From Mobula hypostoma (lineage: Eukaryota), in contig NC_086097.1 in assembly GCF_963921235.1 (NCBI RefSeq), positions 230,394,001 through 230,458,000 of the forward strand: DNA of 64,000 nucleotides. The letters run 5' to 3'. The position numbers and the translations under genes were made by a program. Numbering within the stretch: position 1 is the stretch's first letter; each line of letters begins with the position of its first letter. This document shows, piece after piece, positions 53,826 through 64,000 of this stretch. The notes beneath the pieces were generated by a model that saw only the letters and a program-made list of their open reading frames with translations, had not been told where the DNA came from and did not search any database.

Positions 53826-54230
53826 AGATTAAGGGAGCTAGGGCTTTACTCTTTGGAGAGAAGGAGGATGAGAGGAGACATGATAGAGGTGTACAAGATA
53901 ATAAGAGGAATAGATAGAGTGGATAGCCAGCACCTCTTCCCCAGGGCACCACTGCTCAATACGAGAGGACATGGCTTTAAGGTAAGGGGTGGGAAGTTCA
54001 AGGGGGATATTAGAGGAAGGTTTTTCACTCAGAGAGTGGTTCGTGCGTAGAATGCACTGCCTGAGTCAGTGGTGAAGGCAGATACACTAGTGAAGTTTAA
54101 GAGACTACTCGACAGGTACATGGAGGAATTTAAGGTGGGGGCTTATATGGGAGGCAGGGTTTGAGGGTTGGCACAACATTGTGGGCCAAAGGGCCTGTAC
54201 TGTGCTGTACTATTCTATGTTCTATGTTCT
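53826..54230 (+). mobile_element. Young CR1 LINE 3' end (family A)
   Basis: ERRRMRGDMIEVYKIIRGIDRVD... plus (TTCTATG)n tail. Confidence 0.93.
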
Positions 54231-54282
54231 ATAAGTGTGCTCACTGGAGTTCAAGTCCAGACATATTCTCCGTAAATTGTAT

Positions 54283-54681
54283 AATGCACTTGAGGCCACG
54301 CCTGGAGTACTGTGTACAATTTTGGTCTCCATATTATGTGAGGGATGTGAAGGCACTGGGGAGAGTTCAGAGAAGGGCCATGAGACTCATTCCAGGGTAT
54401 GAGCTATGGAGAAAGACAGAAAGAACTAAATCTTTTTTAACCTAAGTAGACATAGAACGAGAGGAGACATGATAGAAGTAAGGTGGGTGCCAGCTGCACT
54501 TCAGAATTAATCCAACATCAAGGACACGGGACCACAGGTGGAGACTGGTTGAAGAGAGATTTCAGACTAACATCAGGAAGAATTTCTTTACACAGCGAGT
54601 TGTGGACACATGGAACAAACTACCTGGTTGTGTAGTTGAGAGTAGTACCTTGGAAACTTTAAAATCTAAACTTGATAAAAA
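54283..54681 (+). mobile_element. CR1 LINE 3' part (another family); its tail resumes at ~56110-56205 after the PLE
   Basis: RPRLEYCVQFWSPY...VQRRA.RLIP and RKNFFTQRVVDTWNKLP; GGGCCGAATGG UTR with TTCTAATG tail after 56150. Confidence 0.8.
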
Positions 54682-55560
54682 GGATCTCATGCTTTCCCAG
54701 CATATATGACAAATAAACTGTTCTCGGGCTTCCAGCTGGGAATGGGTGTCGATTATAAGCAATATTTCGATGACAAATTCTGCATCATCAGGGATGAATG
54801 CCTGGGCATGTCTAATCCGGTGGTGTTTATACCACCATTGTCCATTCCTCCTGATTGAATGAGGACTAACCAATCAGGTTTCCACTCTCCCACCATGTTT
54901 ACAATGGAATTCCAGTTCTTACTTACAGTGAGACCTTAATCTTTGTTAAAATTCTTTTCCTGCTGAAGGCCTTCGGGCCGAAACGTCGAATCTACTTTTT
55001 TCCATAGATGCTGCCTGCCCTGCTGAGTTCCTCCAGCATTTTCTGTGTGTTGGATTTCCAGCATTTGTTCGTGCTAAAATTCTTTTCCTCTAGTTTGATT
55101 TCAATGGCTTCGTTTACCAGGTGGTCCCAAAAGCCACTGGCGTGGCGCAGTAGTTTTGTGCCAAAGTCATCGCTGTGGCCATTGTGAATGCAGTATTCTT
55201 TTCCCGCTGATTTCTCCAAGTAACCCAAACAGATAATCCTTCTGTGCTTCTCGATGCGGGTTTCCACCGTGCATCCAGTCTGACCAATACACGCTGCTCC
55301 GCATTCACAGGGAACCCTGTAAGCACCAGCCAACCCGAGTCCCAGGTCATCTTCGACCAGCATAAGCAGTAATTTGAGCTTCCTTATGGGTCTATGGACA
55401 GAATGAATCTGGTATTTCTTCAGGACCCTGGCGATCCTTCCAGAAACCATGGAAATACAGGGAAAGCAGGCAATGGCAACAGGTTCCTCCTCATTGTTAG
55501 GTTTCCTGGTTTTCCATCGGCTCTCTCAAAGGCCCAGTTGATTTCCTTCACCTTGTAGTG
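54682..55560 (-). mobile_element. Penelope-like element (second family), left arm with GIY-YIG endonuclease remnant
   Basis: GAYRVPCECGAACIGQTG.TVETRI.KH...KSA..E.C...H...EAIEIKL, a GIY-YIG domain with the PLE Cys/His pattern, followed by the pLTR. Confidence 0.88.
54962..55074 (+). mobile_element. Short first-family PLE end nested in the second-family PLE
   Basis: Begins at the hammerhead (CTGCTGAAGGCCTTCGGGCCGAAACGTCGA). Flanked by the 15-bp duplication TAAAATTCTTTTCCT (54947-54961 and 55075-55089). Confidence 0.8.
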
Positions 55561-55562
55561 AT

Positions 55563-56100
55563 TCTGTTTTCCCTATATTTCCATGGTTTCTGGAAGGAAG
55601 TTCAAATCACAGTTTACGTGAGTCAAAGATGACCTGGGACTCAGATTGGCAGGATTCCCTGTAAATGTGGAGCAGCGTACATCGGTCAGATGGGACACAC
55701 CGTAGAAACCCACATCAAGGAGCATAGGTGGTGTATCCGTTTGGGTTACCTGGAGAAATCAGCAGTAACAGAACATTGCAACTGCAATGGCAATAGGATT
55801 GACTTTGATGGCACAAAACTTCTGTGCCATGCCAATGGCTTTAGCGACTGCCTGGTAAAGGAAATCATTAAAGTAAAACTAGAGGAAAAGAATTCTAACA
55901 AAGATGTTAAACAAGGTGGGAGAGCAGAAACCTTATTGAATGAGGACTAACCAATCAGAAGGGACGGACTACAAGGGTATAAATACCACCGGACTAGACA
56001 TGTGCGGGCATCATCCTGATGAAGACGGCAGAGTTTGTCATCGAAACATCAGTTATAATCGATACCTGTACACAGCTGGAAGCCCGAGAAGTGTATATTC
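55563..56100 (+). mobile_element. Penelope-like element (second family), right inverted arm
   Basis: YIGQMGHTVETHIKEH...KSAVTEHC; reverse-complement homolog of the left arm; CCAAT, TATAAA (55978) and a hammerhead motif. Confidence 0.88.
56012..56054 (+). ncRNA. Hammerhead-like motif of the second PLE family
   Basis: CUGAUGA (56016-56022), A, helix II GACGGCAG/UUGUCAUC with one mismatch, GAAA (56043-56046), C, AUC. Helix I is weak. Confidence 0.55.
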
Positions 56101-56549
56101 CTAAACACAGTAGTTATTTCAACACACTAGGTGAATAGAACTTTGGCAAGCTTTGTTGGGCCGAATGGTCTGTTCTTCTCAAAAACTCTCTAATGTTCTA
56201 ATGTTTTTTACTACTCTGACCCATCTCTAATTGGTCTTGATCTTCTCTACTTTTTCACTCCCTCCTTGAGCCACTGTTGGACTGAATATTTGGCAAAAAA
56301 GGTTCATTCTTCAATGCATAAATGTAGAATAGATGTGGCAAAGTGCAAATGAAGTGATCATACCAATTTCTACTCCACTTTCTAATCAAACACTCCTTTT
56401 ATCTCCTAATTTTACCCCATGCACCCATTTATTAAGAATGTGCACTTTCTATCCTTTCTGCGATCACTGGACCGTTATTCGACAAGATAATAAAAGGTCA
56501 AGGAGGAAATAATGAATACCACTGGTGCTGGTAAAATCTCAGATCAAAA

Positions 56550-57260
56550 CAAGGAGATGCACAGGCGTGAGATGGGTCAGCTGCTGCGTGGTGTAGCAAC
56601 AACAACCTTGTATTCAACAGCACCAAGGTTAAGGAATCGACTGCGGACTTCAGGAAGAGGGAAAAGGCTTAAAGAACATGTAGTTTCCCTTGAGGGATCC
56701 GCAGTGAAAAGGGTGAGTAGTTGCAAGTTATTGGATGTCAGCATCTCAAAGGATTTATCCTGAGCCCAACACATTGATACGATCTACTTAATTTGGGGTT
56801 TGAGGAGATTTGGTGTATCACCAAAGACTCCTGCAAATTTCTATAGATGCACGGTGGTGTGTATTCTAACTGAATGCATTGCCGCCTGGTGCAGAGACTC
56901 CAGTGCATGGTATTGGAAGAGGCTGCAGATGGTTGTAAACTCAGCCATCTCCATCACAGGCAGTACCCACCCTGCCATTTAAGACAGATTCAAGAAGCGT
57001 TGCTTCAAGAAGGTGAGCCCATCACTAAGGGCCTTCACCAATGGGGACATGCCCAATTCTTGGCTCTACCAGTGGAGAGGTAGTACAGGAGCCTGAATGA
57101 ACTTAGGAACAGCTTCTTCCCTGCCATTGGATCCCTATTTCCTTATTCCTTTTGTTTTGCACTATTTTTATAATCTACTGTAACTTTTGTCTTTGCACTG
57201 TACTGCTGCTGCAAAATAAAAAAAAACATGACTAAGTCAGTGATAATATGCCTGATTCAG
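56550..57260 (+). mobile_element. Old Rex1/Babar LINE 3' fragment
   Basis: RRFGVSPKTPANFYRCTVVCILTECIAAW...KRLQMVVNSA; CCTGATTC tail. Confidence 0.8.
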
Positions 57261-57619
57261 AAATACATAAGATCAAGGAAACATAGCTTTATAACAAATT
57301 ATTTGGAATTTTAAAGAGCTACAGTAGAACACAGCTTGAGAAATCAACCAGAGCTGGGTATACATCAGGGTAAAAAACAAATTTCATTGTTCAGTCTTAT
57401 TTACAGAAAGTTAAGATACTTTGATGTGCAACCTCGATTTGAATAAACAGTAAATTGTTCAGTATTGATCAGAACTTAAATTCAAACATGGTCACAGTTT
57501 ATGCCTCCTATTAAATGTGTGTGTCACGCAGAGCCCTGTAGATTCTAATGGACTGTGCAAGTTAACTCAGCACAGTTCAAATAGGAGAATGCAAAATCAT
57601 AGAAATTGTGGAAAATAAA

Positions 57620-57830
57620 TTCAAGTGGCAGAGGAAGATGAAGCTGTTCCTGAATCATTGAGTGTGTGCCTTCAGACTCCTGTACTTCCTTCCTGATGGG
57701 AGCAATGAGAATGAGGTTTGTCCTGAGTGATGGGAGTCTCTTATGATAGATGCTGCCTTTCTGAGGCATCGCTCCTTGAAGATGTCCTGGATACTACAGA
57801 GGCTAGTATTCATACTGGAGCTGATCAGAT
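57620..57830 (-). mobile_element. Rex1/Babar fragment
   Basis: Reverse complement matches 45985-46170 (SIQDIFKERCLRKAASII). Confidence 0.75.
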
Positions 57831-59889
57831 TTTTAAATTTTCAGATTTTAAAAATTGATGAATCCTGCATAGTAGATTAGAAATTAATTAAAACATTTTA
57901 AACTTGAGAAATGTCACTGCACAACAGTTGAGTAAAGAAAAACTGGATTCTTAAATGTATCAAGTAATACTTGTGATATAAAGAATTAAAGTATCTCAAA
58001 ACCCAGCTACTTTGTTCAGATCTTTGAGGAACACCAAAACTAACTTTATATAAACTCGAGTGATTTTAGTTGCAATTTATACACAAATCATCAAATGCAT
58101 TTCAATGTGAAAACTCATTGCCAGCCATCATTCCATATGCCATATGGGGCTTCATTAACAAGGATTAATTGTGTGACAATGTAAAATGATTTATTGTGAA
58201 GTAACTGCCCTGTTCATGTTTAAATTCTATTGACTAATAAAAAACACAAGACATACAAGTTGACAGACTGTGCACATTTGTAAAGTGAGTGACAACCAAA
58301 ATTACCACACTGTGCTTGTCGCCCTCCTATATCTGACCCTGTTTGGAATAATGGAGTGCGCAATTGATCTCAGCTGCACACAATGACATGAAACTTTACA
58401 GACAGTTATGGAATAAGCTACAAAACCAGTCCCTAAACAAATAATTATGTATTGCTAGTACAGAAACTAATCCAATTAAAATACAAGTGGAACACAACAA
58501 AAATCACTCAACTGCTTTAAAGCAAATATACAAGATGAACAGTAATGCTGTTCGGAAACATCATCAGGCCATGCATCTAGTCGTAGTCTACACTCCAACC
58601 CCCACAATACGGCGGAAGGTTGCCGCATGCACTTACTTTCCTTAAACTCCGGTGCATACCCATATTCATGCCTAAATATAGTCAATTTTACACAATTCCC
58701 ACTTCTGAAATACAGTAAAACATATAATCTGTGCTTTTTGAGTTGCAGTTTATCCTGGTAATAAACAGACCAAGTGCTCAACGACAGAAGTTAATGTGAT
58801 ACGAAAATGCATGACCAATGACATTTTGGTCAGCACAAAAATCAGGCGCTTTTTTTCCCCCTTCACAATTTGCAATGCTTTCCTCATTCTGTGCACCACC
58901 CCCTCTAACCATCTCCCACAATCTGAGATGATCTCTTTTACACGTAGCAAGTTGGCTGGCTGCCTGAATACCTTGCAAACAGCAGGCGGCCGCTGCTGAG
59001 GAGCCTGCAGAAAATAGTCCTGCTGACCACGTTGGGTTCAGCAGAAGGTCAGCAGCTGATTTTATCAGGGGACAGGGAGAAAGTGGGGTGGGATCTTTGG
59101 GGTTGAGGTAATTCGAGGTTCCCTCCGGGGTACTAAAATAAAATCCAAACTTCACTTCACTGCGCCTCAGTCAGGTTCATCAAGCTGCTCCAGTTTGATT
59201 GGAAAAGGCCCCATTTCTCATTTGCCAGAACTCAAGCTGAGTTGTCCATCAAAAGCTTGAACCAGTGCCTACTGCTAGGTATCTCACATGCCTGCTGAAT
59301 ACAGCAAGATAAAGCATAATACAGCCAGAAAGCAGAAGGATTCAAGAGGCTCCCTCGCTGCCCGTAATTTATCCACCCTCCTTGCTTAGCTTCGACAAGA
59401 TTAAACTTTTCCCCAAAGGAAAATTCACCTCCATCCACATCTGTTCAAAATGAATCTTTTCAGGCAGTAACAGATTTTGATTTCAGCAACAAATCAAACC
59501 TTACACATTAAATACTTTAATCTGCTGAATTAATCTGTCAAGGGCATTGAGTCAGGGTTGTGGTTTCAAATTGAAAAGAGACTGTTTGTGAGAATGTCAA
59601 CCAGAGCTGAAAACCAGTTCCGTCTGAAAAAAAAAGTCTCTTTTCAAAACAAAAATCTTTCTTGAGTATCGCCCTGCAAAGAGACAACGGTAAATCTATA
59701 CTACATAGAAATGTGTTAACAATCAGGAGAATATAAATGACACAAATGCAAATCAAGTGAAAAACAAATTAATTCATGGAGGGACTCGATCCCCATAAAG
59801 GATATTTTTTTCATACTTTAAAATAACTGCTTTTAGTCAGAATATTAAAATGAAATATACTTTTAGTTATTCTTCATGTTAGTCTAAGG

Positions 59890-59972
59890 CAGGTGTTTCC
59901 AACCATTTTTTTAATGCCATAGACCAATAACTGTAAGCAAGGTATCCATGAACCCTAGGTTGGGATCTCCTG
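59890..59972. mobile_element. hAT (Charlie-like) mini-MITE with 8-bp TSD
   Basis: CAGGTGTTTCCAACC...GGTTGGGATCTCCTG flanked by a perfect GTCTAAGG duplication (59882-59889 and 59973-59980). Confidence 0.9.
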
Positions 59973-60384
59973 GTCTAAGGCGAAGCACACTATCTCATCT
60001 CAATTCTCAAAAATGTTATTTGATAGTGACAGTAATTGAGATACAATTTGAATTCTGGGGCAAAATATAAGTTTTATGGTACTGAACATTTACTTCATCA
60101 TAATTTTTCTTCAGCACCCATCAGTGAACCACACATTCCAGCACTCAATTTCAATTTTACATATCATTTCAGAACTGGTCACGGTAAGACATTGATTAAG
60201 AACTCTACAGTTAAATCAATGAACAAATTACTTTGCACTGCAGTTCGAATAGAAGAGAAAATCATCGCAGCAAATCAGATATTTTTCAATAATCTCAACA
60301 GGCTCAATCCCAATCGATAGTGCTGTCTGCGTGGAGTTTGCATGTTACCCTCCACAAAACAATGAAATACAGGGTGGCTAGTTT

Positions 60385-60605
60385 AATTTATTTAGGAATA
60401 CAGCACATTACCAGGCCCTTCTGGCCCAACGAGTGTGTGGCGTCCAATTATACCTATGTTACTAATTAACCCACAGGTCTTTGAGGAACCCTACGGGGTC
60501 ATGGGGAGAACATACAAAGTCCTTATAGGCAGTGACGGGAATTGAACTCAGGCCGCTGGCGCTATAATAGTGTCGCACGAACCGCTGTACTACCATGCTG
60601 TCCTA
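60385..60605 (-). mobile_element. tRNA-derived SINE (V-SINE-like head, CR1-type tail)
   Basis: Minus strand: CAGCATGGTAGTACAGCGGTT...GAGTTCAATTCCC...GGACTTTGTATGTTCTCCCC...GGGCCAGAAGGGCCTG. Confidence 0.72.
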
Positions 60606-62269
60606 CCGGTTAACTGGCTGCTGTAAAATTACTGCAGCCATAGGTAAGGCAAAAAAAAAAATTCTAAGGGGAATAGATGGACATGCAAGAGAGAAATAAA
60701 TGAGAGTTGTGGTACTCATAGGCTTGTGCTGCTGAGAGCCATTATAAACTCAAGGGGCAAAATTAATTGCGTGCCATACTCAGTCAATGCAGCCTAATTA
60801 TACTCCACATTCATGTTACATGGAACGGAACTGGGCAGCCAGCTAAGCATGGAACAGATAGGTAACCCCACTTCTGGACAAGACAATCCCTAGTACAGTA
60901 TATAAAAGTTCCCCAGTCTGTGACTACGTCATTAGGTTGTATTATCTTACCATGCTAACAACCAATCAGGTCAACGCTAACCGTGCTGTCAGAAGCATTA
61001 TGATCTATGGTGGAAATTGCAATCCACAGGAGTCGCTTCATTTCTCTCGTGTCGCTTTATTTATCAAATAAAGCGCCGATAAAGAGAATGTACCGGGGAG
61101 GGCGAGAATGAATGGTCAGTGGGTTGAGATTATTGCAGTAACTCTAACAATCTTACAAGAGTGAAATTTTAAGGTCTGTAACTGGTGTGAAGATAAACTT
61201 TTAAAAATGCAACAAATACTTCGAAGCCCCGGGAACTTTATACATGAGCACGATATACAATAATGCTATATTGATTAAACATATACACCCTCCCTAATAA
61301 AAAGAACTCAATTCCACTAAAAGTGATGGGGGGGTGGTGGAAATCACAATCTGAAGATGACTCAAAAAAAAGCTCTTTTGCCTTCCAGCAGTTCCACCCA
61401 ACGAAAGGTGGCAGCACTAATGAAGAAAATATAATTGTACAAAAACAAATCTAACATCCTCAGCGTTATACTGGAAATGGATGAAAAATCAACATCCATT
61501 TTTAAAATATAAAACCATTGTATAGAAAGAAGTGTACAGAATACAGAGATACTTAGAGCGGGGGTAACTTAGGCCAGCAACACCTTTACAGACCCGGATC
61601 GATCAGAGATACTTTGCTGCATCATGAAGCGCTCACAGACCATGTCTCGAAACAAAAAGATAGAATTAGCGCACAGTGAACGTTATAGTGGCTCAGCTAA
61701 TGAAGTACATTCTTTGCCCCCCCCCACCGAAATGCACTCCGCACTCAAGATGAAGCGGATCAGCCGCGATCCCAGTTTGAAAAGATGGATTCCCGACCAC
61801 TTTCTCCTGATAGCAACCGTATGCTGCCACAAACTTACCAGCCGAGCTGGAAGAGGAGGAGGAGAGGGGCAGCCTTGCCCCGGTCTGGTGAGAGAATAAA
61901 GTGAAGGAAAGTGGTAGATTTCTCTCAGTCACGATGCGGTTTGGAAAGTGCTGTCACTGCAGCGGTCCACAACTGCCACTTACTCCACACCACACCCACC
62001 GCATTGCAGAACTGCTGGCAACGGGGAAAACAATCAAAGCTGCAATTCATCTTACAGACCGGGAGAGATGAATCAAGCAGGAATCACCCGCTTTTCCACT
62101 GCACGGTAACACGTAGATACGATTCTAACTGTAGTTACATTCAAAACGTTATATAACGTTATGTATAACTTACAAATATAATGGGCCAAAGGGAACACAC
62201 ATGCACTTAGAATTACCCTTCTGACGAAACCAAACTTGACTTGATTTCTGGACAAGATTCCCACATTTG

Positions 62270-63130
62270 AAGGTCCCCGCTCGCTTATTCCACTGAAGCC
62301 CCGCGGTCATCGACTTTGTTAATTCACGAACAGAAGTGCTGTTCGGCCCGGTTTTTAAACGCAGGTAAAAGTGCGTGTGTGTTCACCCGGTTAAAAGCAG
62401 CGGGTAAGCGGTGAGAGTGCGCTCGCTGCTCGAAGCCTGCGCGCTTCCATCCTCCGGATGAGACACACAACCGGCACCAAGAGAATTTATCGTTTTTAAA
62501 AAAGAAACCACAAAACAAAGCACCAACGACCCCCCAGAAAGTTAAACATGGCGCTGAGGACAAGCGGCGGAAAGTCGGGGAGAAAGGCAGCGCAACCCTA
62601 CCTCGGGCGGGCGTCCCTCCTTGCGGCAGAGGCAGTCCGGGGTGATGCGTGGGGCTGCGCCTACACCGACACCAGCGCCGGCCCCCGCAGCGGGGCACCG
62701 CAACTCAGGCAGCGTCCGCAAGAAAGCCGGGCTCCCGCCAATTCACTGCCTCCACCTCTGCCCTCCGGCCGCTGCCGCTGCCGCTGTCTGTCTGGCAGGC
62801 AGGCAGGCAGTCTGGCGAACGGGAAAGGGATGAAAGAACAGCGCGCTGGTGACGGGCTTGTCAGCGCGCAGTGTTAAAGTGTGTACTGTATCACGGAAAT
62901 AGAGGGGGAGCCGGAGGAGGAGCTCTCCCGACAGTCTGAAGTCGCCACTACCTCCAGCACCACAGATGGGGCAAACAAGCGCGGTAGGAGTTCGGGGGCT
63001 GGAAGCTTCGCAGTGGAGTATAATTAGAAACAGATTGCTTCAGTAGGGTTACACACTGGGCGGCTCTTTCCCCGGCTGCATAATATGATGCACGACAATT
63101 TGCAACCTCCCTTCGCTGTTTCGCTGCTGC
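62270..63130 (-). promoter_or_regulatory. CpG island, probable EPB41L3 promoter
   Basis: The only strongly GC- and CpG-rich non-repeat segment in an AT-rich, CpG-depleted window. It lies upstream of the minus-strand coding exons. Confidence 0.75.
62602..62880 (-). other. EPB41L3: Probable non-coding exon 1 of EPB41L3 (5' end approximate)
   Basis: Donor GAG|GTAGGG at 62602/62601 inside the CpG island. There is no ATG on the minus strand in 62602-62880. The ATG exon has its own splice acceptor, so an upstream exon is required. Confidence 0.6.
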
Positions 63131-63629
63131 GCTGTAACATTTGAAACAAATCAAAGCCTGAAACTTTTAAACACTCTGGGTCTATATACCGTACATTCTG
63201 GCGATATTGCGCACGCATTTAGACATATTTCTCTCCTTAAGCACTCAACATAGTTCCGTTTTATCGGTTTGCTACAGTTATGTGCTCATGGCATCGATCT
63301 TTCAATAAACTCATATGATGGGTCGATATTGTCTCAAGCGTTCCACTTTTGGTTGGGTACAAATCCTAGGCATAGGTACATTCCGAACGTGTCGTTATTG
63401 CTAAGTATGCGGGAAAAAAAAGCCACTTTTAAAACAAAAGCGAGGGAAGGAGTAAATCCAATCGCATTGAACTACAGAAGAGGGTTTAATCCCTAGATTG
63501 ATCTGGATACATCATTGAAACGTTGAAGGTATAACGAGGGTTGAATCGCCCCACGGTTACTCGGGCACAACAGGATCAACTCTCACTATTCCAGTTCCTT
63601 AAGTTATTACACGCCATGTGTTTATAGCA

Positions 63630-63795
63630 GCTTAGCTGGTCAGGCAGCATCTATGGATGGGAATAACCTGATGACCTGTTGTAGTGTCTCGGCCCGAAAC
63701 GTCGACTGATTGTTCCCACCCTGACCTGCGGAGCTCCACCTGCAGATTGTGTGTACGGCTGTCGATTTCCTGCATCTGCAGTGCCTCTCGTGCCC
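63630..63795. mobile_element. Penelope-like ends in inverted arrangement with hammerhead motif
   Basis: Minus-oriented GGTCAGGCAGCATCTATGG, then CCTGATGA...TCTCGGCCCGAAACGTCGACT and a GCATCTGCAG terminus. Confidence 0.65.
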
Positions 63796-64000
63796 TTAAA
63801 TGATCAGGTGCAGTAACTCTTTATACGGTATTCTCCCGACCAGAGGGAATCATACTCCTTTTCCCTCTATAGTCAAAATCCCGTCGAACAAAACTCATAT
63901 TCGAGTGAAAATTTGCCTTTATGAATACTGCTGTGAGATTATCATTACTGCAATACTGGCCAGTCATAAAATATGGGGGCACGGGAGTCTTAAATGTAAC

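Noticed and set aside
62324..62877. GC-rich ORFs in the CpG island
   Set aside because: Stop-codon depletion from high GC explains them; there is no recognisable protein similarity.
1..64000. CRISPR array, prokaryotic operon or rRNA
   Set aside because: There are no regularly spaced repeat-spacer units or operon-like ORFs; the sequence is a vertebrate intron landscape.

Overview
This is vertebrate genomic DNA, most likely from a cartilaginous fish (ray/skate), inferred from its repeat families. The window holds the 5' part of a band 4.1-like 3 gene (EPB41L3) on the minus strand. It has a CpG-island promoter with a probable non-coding exon 1 (~62.6-62.9 kb), a ~49 kb first intron, the ATG exon (13317-13132) and the next coding exon, which starts the FERM domain (9458-9249). 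These two coding exons join in frame through a GC-AG intron. I did not find further FERM exons. The rest is intron dense in repeats: several CR1 LINE families, Rex1/Babar LINEs, tRNA-derived SINEs, a Tc1 remnant, hAT-like MITEs, a probable solo LTR and two families of Penelope-like elements (PLEs). Most ORF-track ORFs are repeat fragments or noise. The most notable signals are: about 13 copies of a minimal hammerhead ribozyme motif tied to PLE 3' ends, often as inverted pairs; a hairpin-loop micro-inversion between the two arms of one inverted PLE; a head-to-head pair of TIR elements with 6-bp TSDs, one a three-TIR composite; and the GC donor. No database searches were run, so family names come from motif recognition and novelty is unverified.
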